Below are positions 1-10,770 of a DNA stretch of 64,000 nucleotides, one piece after another. Both the position numbers and the translations under genes were made by a program. The notes under the pieces are model-generated. The model worked only from the letters and a program-made list of their open reading frames with translations. It was not told the DNA's origin and did not search any database. Position 1 is the first letter of the stretch. Every line of letters starts with the position of its first letter. The stretch comes from Podarcis melisellensis (taxonomy: Eukaryota): the NCBI GenBank assembly GCA_964234715.1, contig OZ174279.1. One strand, given 5' to 3'.

Positions 1-805
1 AGCAAGCAGCTGGGGGAGAGCAGGAATGAATATTTCACAGCACAGCCCTACTGTATTTTTATATTTAATTATTCCACATTATTCTAGACAAACTGTGTAG
101 GAAAAACAACCATTTAAGGGAGTGGGAACATTATACCACTCACTGTGCCTGTGATGACCTCACAAAGGCTGTGAACACAGTTAACATTTCTTCTGGCATA
201 TTTGAAGGGATCTAGTGTTTCTATTTTAGGATCCTGAGAAAAACAAATTTCTCCATGGAATGGTATGCTTCACAGATTGAATGCTGCTCAATCAATTGAC
301 CTGTCTTAATGAATGCCTGGGAAAACCTCCTTCCACAATGCAAGGCGTGAGGGGGGAAAAACCTTTAGAAGCATTTGGACATTTATTTCATTTTTATCCC
401 ATTCCTTTTCAAACAGGGAGTGGGGATCTTGAGGCCTGGGGGCCAAATCAGCCCTCCAGGCTCACTATCTGGTCACAGACAAGCCATGATCAAGCCACGT
501 TCATTATCAAGCCCCACTATGCAACCTGTGTCATGGACTGGCTGGATGCGGATGAGTGGTGGAAGCCACCAGCTGGGGAATCCCCAATGGAAGAAGGTTC
601 AGAGCCAGGGGGTTGGTGGTGGGATGACAATGAGTGGTCAGAGGGAGAAGAGCAGCAGGCCTGGAGAAGGAATTGTCAGAAGCTGCAGAGGTAACAGGGT
701 TAAGGGAGCAGGAAGAGGCTGGGGAACAGGGCAGTCCAGAGGCAGAAGCAGAGTCTGGAGAGGCAGAAATGAGGCACACTTCTGAAGAAGTCAGGGGGTG
801 TCCCC

Positions 806-1070
806 TGTTATGTAGTGTAGTTTCACCCTGGGCCAACAGGGGGATACTGTATATAGTTTTCACTCAGGTCTGTAGATAGTTTTCACTCAGGTCCGCAGCA
901 GTTATTTTAGGCGGGAACTCTGGGCTGTGGTTGTTACAATGTTGACAGCCGGCTGCCTATAAAAGCAGGCCGGCTGAGCTGTTTGCAGTCAGTTCTATTC
1001 CAGCTTACAAAATAAAGAGCTACTTGAAGAAATCGCTGTGCCGGCTGCTATGTCAACCCACAACTTAATA
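806..1070 (+). repeat. 5' LTR
   Basis: Starts TGTTA, ends TAATA. Contains TATAAAA (~958), AATAAA (~1011) and an 18-bp internal duplication ATAGTTTTCACTCAGGTC. Confidence 0.95.
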
Positions 1071-1071
1071 C

Positions 1072-1089
1072 TGGCGACGAGGATGGGAT
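1072..1089 (+). promoter_or_regulatory. Primer-binding site complementary to the 3' end of tRNA-Ser(GCT)
   Basis: TGGCGACGAGGATGGGAT is the reverse complement of ...AUCCCAUCCUCGUCG-CCA. It lies 1 nt after the LTR. TGGCGACGAG is typical of Mag-like elements. Confidence 0.88.
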
Positions 1090-1312
1090 GGATGGACATC
1101 AGAGCACAGCCAGATGCGGCCAGCCTCTGAACTGAGCTGAATCACTGAGCTGAATCACAGAGCGAAATCACTGAGCGAAATCACTGGGCAGAACCAATTC
1201 AGAGCTGACTGTTCTGGCTAGAGCACTGTGTTCCATCCATCGCCCTTCACGCCGGCATCGGAATCATGGCTTCACTTGTGCCTCTACTGCCGTTTGCACC
1301 AGCCTCTGAATC

Positions 1313-3388
1313 ATGGGACTCCTACCTCGCTGTGAGTTCCGAGACTTAGACGATGCCCTGATGGATCGAATCGTCTGCGGGGTCCGGGACATCCATCTGC
1401 AACGGCGTCTCCTAGCCAAGTCAGACCTCACGCTACAGAAAGCCATTGAGGAGGCTGTGGCCTCAGAAGCTGCTGAACGCTCCGCCCAGGAGATCCGCAA
1501 GTCCAGCAGCCCGCGTCTTGCTAGGGAGCCAGTTCCGGTGCATCATGAAGAGGCCAGCAGTGATGAGGCATCCTCCAGTGAAGACGATGACGTGCACCAG
1601 ACAAAGCGGGAGCGCAGGAAGTTCCAACAGAAGTCCAAGGGCCAACCGGAATGTGCCGGCTGCGGAGGCAACCATTCCCGTGCCAAGTGTCGATTCAGAG
1701 ACGCCATCTGTAGGAAGTGTTCCAGAAGGGGCCACATCGCTAAGGTCTGCCGATCGGCTCCGTCTGACACCCCCCCTTCATCGACTCGCAAGTCCAAGTC
1801 TTCACTCCAGTCTGCCAAGGAAAGTTGTTTCGCTCTCACCAACTGCCGCTGCCCGTCTGGAACCACAATTGGCCAAACCGACTCGCCTACGCGACGCAAG
1901 CTGAACGTCACGGTGCTCATTGAAGGAGCTCCATGTGACATGGAGATCGACACCGGGTCTGCCCTGTCCATCGTGTCATGGAGCACCATCAAAAGACTGG
2001 TACCCAGAGTGTCCAAGAGGCAACTCAACTCCCACCGCGTACACCTGAGAGACTACCAGGGAAACGACATTCCCGTGGTAGGCGTTGGCCGGTTCCGGAT
2101 CGCCTTCAAGGATTTTTCGGGCCTGCTCCGGTTGGTGGTGGTCGAAGGTCAGCGGCCAAGCCTCCTAGGGCTAGACTGGTTTGATGCCCTCGGCCTGGAA
2201 GTCACCGGCATCAACTGCATCTCTAACGCAGAGACTGAGGGTCTGGTCAAAGACTTTGCCGAGGTTTTTGACGGCACCTTGGGGCAATATACAGGTACGC
2301 CCATCTCCGTTAGCCTTGATCCACAAGTCTCCCCCATCAAGCTAAAGCCACGCCGGGTTCCCTTTGCTCTCAAGGCTAAGGTGGACGAACAACTGGACAA
2401 ACTGATTGCCCAAGGAGTTTTGGAGCCGGTTGACCACGCCAAGTGGGAAACCCCCATCGTCACGCCTGTCAAGCCAGATGGGTCGGTGAGAATCTGCGCT
2501 GACTACAAGTGCACGATCAACAAGGCACTTCAGCAGCACGCTTATCCGGTTCCTGTTGTCCAACACCTGCTGCATTCCCTGGGTGAGGGTAAGGTCTTCG
2601 CTAAGCTGGACCTTGCCCAAGCCTATCAACAACTGCCAGTCGATGATGCCACTGCTGAAGCCCAGACGATCGTCACCCACCGGGGGGCATTCCGTTGCCG
2701 CCGGTTGCAGTTCGGGGTGAGCGTGGCTCCTGGCATCTTCCAAAGCCTTATGGAGCGTCTCCTGCAAGGGCTTCCGGGCGTGGTACCATATTTTGATGAC
2801 GTCTTGGTGTCTGCAGACTCACACCAGCAGCTGTTCGAGCGCCTCCGTGCCGTGCTGACCAGGTTCCAAGAGGCCGGGCTCAAGGTAAAGAGGGAGAAGT
2901 GCCAGATCGCTGTTCCACAGGTAGAGTTCCTGGGCTATCTTATCGATGCCTCCGGCCTTCACCCAACCACATCCAAGATCCGTGCTAGCCAGCAGGCCCC
3001 CACCCCAAAGAACAAAACGGAGTTGCAGGCATTCCTGGGGCTGCTGAACTTTTATAACATGTTCCTGCCCCACAAAGCCACAGTGGCTGAGCCTCTTCAC
3101 CGACTCCTTAGCACTAAGACGCCTTGGGCCTGGGGTCATCGGGAGACGGCGGCCTTCAACGCGGTCAAGGCTCTCCTTTCTTCAGACAGTGTGCTGGTAC
3201 AGTACAGTGAATCCAGGCCGCTGGTCCTTGCCTGCGACGCCTCACCTTTTGGCATCGGTGCTGTCCTTAGTCACCGTTTCCAGATGGAAGAGAAGCACCG
3301 CTCGCCTACTTTTCCAGGACACTATCTCCGACGGAACGGAATTACAGCCAGCTCGACAAGGAGGCATTGGCACTTGTGGCTGGAGTGA
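1313..3388 (+). CDS. Gag(C-terminal)-protease-reverse transcriptase-start of RNase H; N-terminally deleted and frameshifted at ~3280
   Basis: Two zinc knuckles (CAGCGGNHSRAKC, CRKCSRRGHIAKVC), protease IDTGSA, RT motifs RICADY/LDL/LQFGV/YFDD, RNase H CDAS. The true gag ATG is at 1266 in another frame. Confidence 0.93.
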   Translation: MGLLPRCEFRDLDDALMDRIVCGVRDIHLQRRLLAKSDLTLQKAIEEAVASEAAERSAQEIRKSSSPRLAREPVPVHHEEASSDEASSSEDDDVHQTKRERRKFQQKSKGQPECAGCGGNHSRAKCRFRDAICRKCSRRGHIAKVCRSAPSDTPPSSTRKSKSSLQSAKESCFALTNCRCPSGTTIGQTDSPTRRKLNVTVLIEGAPCDMEIDTGSALSIVSWSTIKRLVPRVSKRQLNSHRVHLRDYQGNDIPVVGVGRFRIAFKDFSGLLRLVVVEGQRPSLLGLDWFDALGLEVTGINCISNAETEGLVKDFAEVFDGTLGQYTGTPISVSLDPQVSPIKLKPRRVPFALKAKVDEQLDKLIAQGVLEPVDHAKWETPIVTPVKPDGSVRICADYKCTINKALQQHAYPVPVVQHLLHSLGEGKVFAKLDLAQAYQQLPVDDATAEAQTIVTHRGAFRCRRLQFGVSVAPGIFQSLMERLLQGLPGVVPYFDDVLVSADSHQQLFERLRAVLTRFQEAGLKVKREKCQIAVPQVEFLGYLIDASGLHPTTSKIRASQQAPTPKNKTELQAFLGLLNFYNMFLPHKATVAEPLHRLLSTKTPWAWGHRETAAFNAVKALLSSDSVLVQYSESRPLVLACDASPFGIGAVLSHRFQMEEKHRSPTFPGHYLRRNGITASSTRRHWHLWLE

Positions 3389-5085
3389 AGAGGTTCCATG
3401 AATACCTCTATGGCAGGACTTTTGACCTCATCACTGACCACAAGCCACTCCTGGGCCTCCTCGCCGGTGATCGTCCAACTCCACCGGTCCTCTCGCCACG
3501 CATGCTGCGATGGACTGTTTTCCTAGCTGCCTACCACTACCGGCTCATCCATCGCCCGGGGAAATCAATGGGCCATGCCGACGCCCTCAGCCGTTGCCCT
3601 CTTCCAGCATTTGTGGAAGACCCGGCTCCAGCTTCCTCGCTCCTTCTGATTGAGGATCTTCCGGCAGCGCCTGTATCAGCTACCACTGTGGCCTCAGCGT
3701 CTGCCCAGGATCGCACCATCAGCCGGGTGCTCAACTGGGTGTGGAGGGGGTGGCCACAAGGGCCTTTTGCATTGGAGTTCCAGCCCTTCGCAACCAGACA
3801 ACATGAACTCTCAGCTCATCGCGGCTGTCTGCTGTGGGGAGACCGCGTCGTGATTCCCCAGGGACTCCGTCAGCGCGTCCTGGAGTCTCTGCACGTTGGC
3901 CACCCGGGAATTGTCAAAATGAAGGCATTGGCTCGGTGTTACGTCTGGTGGCCTAATATGGACGATGCCATCACTGCCTGGGTGTCCGCCTGTCAAGCGT
4001 GCCAAGAGTCGAGGCCTGCACCACCGGCAGCTAAGGGACACACCTGGGAGACGCCAAAGACACCCTGGTCGAGGGTGCACATCGATCTGGCTGGCCCCTT
4101 TCACGGCCGGACCTTTATGGTAGTGGTGGACGCCTATTCCAAATGGCTGGAGGTCGCCCTGATGCCCTCCACCACTACCGAAGCTGTCATCCGGGTGCTG
4201 CGAGGCCTGTTTGCAACGCATGGGTGTCCTGATGTCCTTGTCTCTGACAACGGACCGCAGTTCACGTCAGGCACCTTTGAGTGGTATATTTTGGGACTGG
4301 GCATCCGCCATGCCCTAACGGCACCCTTTCATCCATCCAGCAACGGGCAAGCGGAAAGAATGGTGCGCTCGGCAAAAGAGGCACTGGCGCGCCTGGACCG
4401 GGGAGACTGGCATGAGCGGGTCGCCGAATACTTGTTCGTGCAACACATCACCCCTCATGCGGCCACAGGGAGGAGTCCTGCTGAACTGCTTATGGGCCGC
4501 CGCCTCAGGTCACCGCTCGACCGGCTACACCCGGACTTTGCCGTGGCTGAACCCCCAGGCTGTGCCAACGCGCCACGGTCATTTGTCCCAGGAAACCAGG
4601 TCTTTGCCCGGAACTATGTGGGGGACATTCCTTGGGTGCCAGCCACAGTAGTGGGAGTCACTGGACCTCGCTCGTACCAGGTGGCACTCGAAGATGGACG
4701 CTTGTGGCGACGGCACATAGACCAGCTTAGGCGCAGGGTTGGGAACTTGGACACTACCGAGGTGCCCCCAACTGCGCTTGCAGCTCCAGAAGAGACACGT
4801 ACAGATGGCGAGGCCCCACCTACACCTCCCTCGCAAACTGCCAGCGTGGAGCCAAACCAAGCCGCTTCAGAACAGACTCAGACCACTCCACTTGCGGAGG
4901 CTCCACCCACAGCAGCGGATCCAGGGGAGTTGGTTCCAATGCCACCTAGGGTCGCACCACAGCCTCAGCAAGAACTGTGTGGCCCTCCGGACTTGGCTAC
5001 CAGTCCCCGGCGGTCTGGCAGAGTTTCCAAGCGCCCAACTTATTTAAAGGACTATGTTGTTGGACATGTATCACTGTTGGTCTAA
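3367..5085 (+). CDS. RNase H C-terminal part, integrase and Pro-rich tail; homologous frame starts at ~3280
   Basis: TDHKPL and ADALSR motifs, HHCC zinc finger (HVGH...CQAC), DDE core (HIDLAG, SDNG, GQAER), GPRSY, C-terminal RRSGR..P..LKDY. Confidence 0.93.
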   Translation: MALVAGVKRFHEYLYGRTFDLITDHKPLLGLLAGDRPTPPVLSPRMLRWTVFLAAYHYRLIHRPGKSMGHADALSRCPLPAFVEDPAPASSLLLIEDLPAAPVSATTVASASAQDRTISRVLNWVWRGWPQGPFALEFQPFATRQHELSAHRGCLLWGDRVVIPQGLRQRVLESLHVGHPGIVKMKALARCYVWWPNMDDAITAWVSACQACQESRPAPPAAKGHTWETPKTPWSRVHIDLAGPFHGRTFMVVVDAYSKWLEVALMPSTTTEAVIRVLRGLFATHGCPDVLVSDNGPQFTSGTFEWYILGLGIRHALTAPFHPSSNGQAERMVRSAKEALARLDRGDWHERVAEYLFVQHITPHAATGRSPAELLMGRRLRSPLDRLHPDFAVAEPPGCANAPRSFVPGNQVFARNYVGDIPWVPATVVGVTGPRSYQVALEDGRLWRRHIDQLRRRVGNLDTTEVPPTALAAPEETRTDGEAPPTPPSQTASVEPNQAASEQTQTTPLAEAPPTAADPGELVPMPPRVAPQPQQELCGPPDLATSPRRSGRVSKRPTYLKDYVVGHVSLLV

Positions 5086-5186
5086 GTATGGGAAATGTAA
5101 CCGATATGCTTTTGTGCCTAATTGAACCATTACGCGTAGTGCTGTATATAAGGAAACCATTACGATTGTAACTAACACCTTATCTC

Positions 5187-5198
5187 GGTGGGGAGGGG
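5187..5198 (+). promoter_or_regulatory. Polypurine tract
   Basis: GGTGGGGAGGGG immediately before the 3' LTR. Confidence 0.85.
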
Positions 5199-5463
5199 TG
5201 TTATGTAGTGTAGTTTCACCCTGGGCCAACAGGGGGATACTGTATATAGTTTTCACTCAGGTCTGTAGATAGTTTTCACTCAGGTCCGCAGCAGTTATTT
5301 TAGGCGGGAACTCTGGGCTGTGGTTGTTACAATGTTGACAGCCGGCTGCCTATAAAAGCAGGCCGGCTGAGCTGTTTGCAGTCAGTTCTATTCCAGCTTA
5401 CAAAATAAAGAGCTACTTGAAGAAATCGCTGTGCCGGCTGCTATGTCAACCCACAACTTAATA
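5199..5463 (+). repeat. 3' LTR
   Basis: Identical to 806-1070 by eye comparison. Confidence 0.95.
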
Positions 5464-6043
5464 TCCCCCTCCTGCTGCAACCAGCTCTCCTCTGGTCTCT
5501 CAGAACCCACAGAGGTATGAAGAGGGTGGAGCAGAGGCAGGCAAGGTGACCGAGTCTCAGATTGCTTGTAATGGAACTGGGGGAGGAGGAGACTTAAAGA
5601 GCTGTGGGAAGGTGGTGAACTTGACTCCCCACAACTGCCTCAATGGAGGGCTGATTTGGCCCCCCAGGCCTACTGGGAAGAGTAGCTGTGCTCACTAGGC
5701 TTGAGCTGTTCGATTTCTTTGAATAAAGAGTTAACTTCACTGACACCTTGCAAGTTGTTGCTGACCAGCTCCCAGCTCCCGCCTTGACAACCTCCTTGAG
5801 TGCTTTTGTCTGGTTTATATGTCTGTCTGAATTCTGATAAGGCTTCTTGCCTAGATGGAGGAAAGAGAGGGATATGTGAATGTGAAGGAACTAGACTACT
5901 GTACTAAAGGTAAAATCTGCATTCATTGCTCTACCACTTTTCCCTCTGGCTGTGCCCACCGCTGGCAAGTGGCCCTTGGGTGGGTGTTTAGAAGGGAATG
6001 TGGCCCTTGAGTTGGATAAGGTTGTCTACATCTCAACACAGCT

Positions 6044-6285
6044 TTCAAAAAATCCTCAGCTGCCTAATGTCTAATATACAGATTTTTGCAAGTAACTTTC
6101 CTTGATAGAATGCATTTTGTATGCTATTTTCAATACATGCATTTGACTGCACCCCTAATGTAGACATTTTTGTAACACTTTTTTGGGGGGTTGGCAAAAC
6201 TGCATAGCAAAATTCACAGAACAAATTTTGAAGGCTAGATGCATTTCCATTTATGTATTGTTCCAGGGAGTGCAAATTAGGGCAG
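6044..6285 (+). repeat. Old unclassified interspersed repeat; related copies at ~13260-13640, ~24815-25230 and ~42240-42302 (minus)
   Basis: Shared blocks TTTTCCAATCTTAAATTC, TTTTTGCAAGYA and AACTGCATWGCAAAATTCA recur among these loci. Confidence 0.6.
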
Positions 6286-6575
6286 GAGTTCCCAAACAGT
6301 AATTCACAGACCATCAATGGTTCACAAGCTTCATGCAGGTGGTCCATGGAGTGTCTGTGAAGAACACAATAATCTGAATTCTATGGAATTCAAATTGTAA
6401 TACAATAAAATACTATATAAAAATAAAAGAAGCAATAAAAATACAATTTAAAACCACCCAACATTGAGCACAGCACATTTCAATTGCTACAACAGGCAGA
6501 AAAAAAATAATTGTTAAGTGTTCCACCAAGACCCTCAGAAATTTTCAAGTGATCCGTGTGGGAGGGAGTTGGGGA
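6283..6575. mobile_element. Degenerate hAT-like MITE; related copy at ~58680-58848
   Basis: Shared GGTCCATGG, AAAATACAATT, TTGCTACAACAGGCAG and AATTTTCAAGTG blocks. TTCCCAAAC-type termini. Confidence 0.45.
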
Positions 6576-7766
6576 ATTAGGCTTTTGCATGTCATACAAC
6601 AAAATAAATTATATGACAATTTAATTTTCCAGCTGTGTAACAAATGTGCTCAGACCTGACTTAAGAATCATTAAACATGGGCCTGTGCCAGCATGTCGGA
6701 TGAAGTTGTTTTTAAAAAGGTGAAATTGCAGAAACGTATTCAGTCCATTAAAGACAAAATATTTCCTAATGTATTATTTGATGCTTAATACAGAAGGAAT
6801 TACACAAAAACATTGCAGGCCCATGTAAGTGACAGATGCAGGCCATTAGTGGACTAAATTTGACAGTTATTTGTTATTTACCCACTGGAAGACAGTCAGA
6901 TTGCTGTTTCTGTGAACATCAAAGGAGGTAGCAAGATTCCACAGGAGACATTGGATCACATTTTCCAAAGCTTAAAGAGTTGTAGATAAAAGTCCAGAAA
7001 TACCATAGTGAGAAAAACCAGAGGAACATGGGAGGAACAAAGCATGACCAAGAAGAAAATGCAGATGTGGTTAAGGTTGGGGGTTGTTGGGGGGTTAATG
7101 CTTTCATGTAGAGCTAGAAAACAATTTATTTTTATCTGTCTAGGACCAAGTCATAGACCTTGCTCATGGGCAGATCAATGTGGAGTGCATGAACCTGACC
7201 ACAGCTGGGATTATTGTGTCACTGATTGTGGTGTCACATGAGAGTGTTCACATGACCCCCTTTCATGCATTCACAAATTCATGTCAGGGAAGCAAGGGTT
7301 TGGGCTGTCGGCCATGCCCCTTGCACAAGCCCCATCAACCACATGTTCAAGGTCAATGTGAGAGCCACATATTTGCACCAGTGGCCATTCTTAGGTGTCT
7401 GTGTAGGGCTCCTCCACAAAGGAAGTCCTGGGACAATCAGGATGTTCCATTTTCACCAATGAAAAACATAAGGCCAGCAGGCATTGTGGCAGAAAGGTAC
7501 AAACCCATGAAAACCCACTTTCCCATCGTACGTATGAACCCCATACGTATGTGGCTGTGCAGAGGCACAAATGATTGATGGCTCTGCTGTACCTGCTACT
7601 AAAATCCAATATCTAAATGTTCCTAATGTTTAACTGGGTATCTCTGCAAATGAGCGTGGAGAGTTCAGCTGAATGGGACACAGCTGTAGGCAGCCTGAGG
7701 AAGTACCAAACACCTTGAGCCTGCCCATAAAAATAAAAAAACCAAGTCTAGGATGAGAGTCTAGGG

Positions 7767-7902
7767 CAGGCACCCCCAAACTTGGCCCGCCAGATGTTTT
7801 GGGACTACAATTCCCATAATCTCTGACCACTGGTCCTGTTAGCTAGGGATGATGGGAATTGTAGCCTGAAAACATCTGGAGGGCCGAGTTTGGGGGTGCC
7901 TG
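7767..7902. mobile_element. Palindromic hAT-type MITE (GGACTACAAYTCCCATCAT family)
   Basis: Near-perfect fold-back CAGGCACCCCCAAACT...AGTTTGGGGGTGCCTG. Flanks GTCTAGGG/AACTAGGC. Partial relatives at ~12235-12298, ~44600-44714 and ~55068-55200. Confidence 0.8.
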
Positions 7903-8782
7903 AACTAGGCTGATGTCTGCTGTTTCCAGAAATTCTTCTCATTGTGAGACTTTTGTTGACGAGCTGAGTGTTTGTTTGAAGCCTGGATGAGAACACAGAG
8001 AGGGTGTGTCAGAAGGAACACACACACCCAAAAATTATATGTAACTGTGTATTTTTATAATATTTTAGTTGTCTGTTTTTGCTTCAGGTTTTTTTGTTTT
8101 GTTTACTATTCCACTTAGAGATTTTAATATATTAAGCTGTATAGAAATTAATCAATCAATAAACAAGTCCACAGCCATAGTCTAGAATAGAAATGTATGA
8201 GCTTAATACAATTGATTTCAATTTAATGTGCTCTTAGCTTTAATTAATTGTGCTTGTCACTTAATTGTGTTGGATAATGGCCCATGCGGTTTTAATACTC
8301 GTGCCATCAGGTTATACAACTGATTTAAGGGTTCTACAATGAACGTAAGGGCCTTTGTCAACAATAATACTTTCCTTGTGGTTTGGGAGCCACTAGCCTC
8401 TGCAGTCCCTGTGTAGTTGTCGTCAAGGACTCTTTCTTTTACACTTAATTGTTGAGAGGCGAAGGCAGCTACAGATATATTGCTTGATTCAGTAGACTTC
8501 CCACCTCCCTGCAAGTTCAATTTAGGTAGCAGAGAAAATCTTTCCACTTTCCTGCACAATGTCTTAATTTCAGATATAAGATGAGGGAGTTGAACTGTGG
8601 GAAAGGGGGAAAGCATTCAATAATGCTGGCAGGGGTAGTGCAGCAAATTGCTAGATCTTCCATTTGTCTCTTTCTGTTTAAACCTTTTCTTATTTTATTC
8701 CCCAGATCTTCCTCTGGGTCACTGAGTATCAGAATTCATGCTATCCAGAAAGTGAAGGCAAATTAAGCCTTCCCTAGATAGG

Positions 8783-8845
8783 TTCTTCTTCTTCTTCTTC
8801 TTCTTCTTCTTCTTCTTCTTCTTCTTCTTCTTCTTCTTCTTCTTC
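8783..8845. repeat. (TTC)21 microsatellite
   Basis: Directly visible. Confidence 0.97.
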
Positions 8846-10403
8846 ACTGAACAAGCAGTGGGGGGGGATTGAACTGCTGCACACTCAATTGTTATTATGC
8901 AGAAGCCTTGTAAACATTCCTGGTTTGGTAGCAACTAAAATGGCTGGTGTCCAGACAGTCATCTGGACATATCAGTACTGGGGAGGGGAGGGGTGTCACA
9001 AGCTTCAGATGAACTTCCAGAGCAGTAGCCACAATGGCAAAGACAACACAAGAATATTGTGGCACCTTAAAGATTTAAGGAGGATTGCAGACCACTTTTA
9101 TCAGATGTTGTGTACTCCAGACCACAGTCTTTAAGGTGTCACGAGATTCAGCCAGACACGCCATCCTGTGAACAGACGTTTTTCCATTTGCAGAAGGGAC
9201 TCTGATCCAGCAAAAGCTCCCATTGGAGGGAGGGGGAAAGTGATTTTTGCTGATTCCCCCCCCAACTTTCCCCACAGCCCCATCCTACCTCCCCCACATC
9301 TCCAGAGGGTCCCCCAACCCCACAGAGCAGTTTTTGCAGGAGGCACTAGGGAAGAAAGAATTGGTAGAATGCAATTTGTGGCTATCCTGGATTCATAAGA
9401 GCTTTAGCAGCCAGTGCAATGCCATCGATTGGCACCATCACCTGTAAACATTGGAGTCATGAAATTCTAAACCTTAAATTGCAAGGATTAACTTTCTAAC
9501 AGTCTAATGAAGCACCGTTTAGACTAATCTTGCACTTTTCAGTGATCCTATCCATGGGGATCTTGAGAACCTGCAATCACAGCTGCAACACAGAGCATGC
9601 CTTAACTGCATATACTCTTTTTCAAAGCTCCATTTGCCAAAATAATGAGCATATCATTAAAAAGCCCAGAAAATACACAACCTGAAACAGTCTTCTTAAA
9701 GACATGTTTGCCATTGTGGCTTCCAGAGCATTAATTTCTCTATAAAGGGATCTTGATGACCTTTCATCTGTTGTATTTGCAGAAGCATGGATCTAATAAG
9801 CATAATTCCTCAGATAGTTTACTAAAAGCTGTCAAATCAAAAAGGGATTACATTTCACCACACCAAAATATGCCCTAGCATTCATCTTGGAATGTGGCCA
9901 TGACAGCTGATACCTGGAGAGGGAACCTCAAGAGAGCTGATTCTGTCCTTGTGTTCCCCTGAACTGAAGAAGGCAATTGACAGAGAAACTTTAGACCATG
10001 CACCCCAGGAGATAGCTCAGTTGCTCCAGCATGGTTGAACACCTGCAGGCACTGAAGAAAGATGACTAAAAAAAAAAGTATCTGTATGTCATATGAGCAT
10101 ATAGTGACAAAGTTAGGGAAGATGAGGGAAGAATCAGTTTCAAATGGATTTATGCACAAAATGTAGCTGTTCTGACCCAACTGAGCCTTGCCTACATCGG
10201 AGCAGCTCTTGCATTGAGCGCCAGCTTCTGTCTAAGCCACTTTCACATTGTTGATTTTCCTTTTTTAAAAAAGTCTAAATACAAAATACAAACTATGTAT
10301 ATTATAAGCATAATAAGAATTTTAAAAGTCAGGTCCCATGCAATGCTGTATTTCTGTGGCACAATTTTGTAAGCATTAGCACCTATGTCTTTTTATACAG
10401 TTA

Positions 10404-10622
10404 CAGTGGTACCTCCGGTTGCATACAGGATCCGTTTTGGAGCTCCGGTCGGATCCCGAGGTGTGCGTACCCGGAGGTGCTGCTTCTGCACATGCGTGTG
10501 GTGTGGTTTAGCACTTCTGCGCATGTGCGCACGATGAAACCCGTAAAAATACTTCCGGGTTTGCCTTGTATGTATCCCGAAGGATATGTAACCGGGGGTG
10601 AACACAGGTAGAGGTACCACTG
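10404..10622. mobile_element. Tc1/mariner (Tigger/pogo-like) MITE
   Basis: TIR CAGTGGTACCTC...GAGGTACCACTG with TA on both sides. Confidence 0.88.
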
Positions 10623-10770
10623 TATATGCATTGTTGTATGAATCTGTTTATGTTCTGGTAAAGCTGGAGCATATCTGTGTACAATTTCAATATATCTGGT
10701 AACAGTTGGTACCCACTAGACCTTGTAGGGCTGCTAGGAGATCACAGAGGTGCAGCCAAGTTGTTCTGGC

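Larger units (their letters stand above)
806..5463 (+). mobile_element. Full-length Ty3/Gypsy LTR retrotransposon, Mag-like clade, defective copy
   Basis: Two 265-bp LTRs (806-1070, 5199-5463), identical by eye. 5-bp TSD TCCCC at 801-805 and 5464-5468. PBS and PPT present. Domain order gag-PR-RT-RNaseH-IN. Confidence 0.97.
529..5789 (+). mobile_element. Older ~600-bp solo LTR (529-805 plus 5469-5789) split by the Mag element
   Basis: TGTCA...TGACA termini, near-TSD ACCTG/ACCTC, TATA-like TTAAA at ~5594, AATAAA at ~5722. Confidence 0.75.

Noticed and set aside
3272-3290. Programmed ribosomal frameshift
   Set aside because: It lies mid-RNase H rather than at the gag-pol boundary and has no slippery heptamer. 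A simple 1-bp loss explains it.
1264-5256. Many overlapping or antisense ORFs within the Gypsy element
   Set aside because: Shadow frames of a GC-rich pol gene with no recognisable motifs.
8719-8934. Poly-Lys ORF (also poly-CV at 11112 and poly-Ile at 51011)
   Set aside because: Translations of microsatellites.
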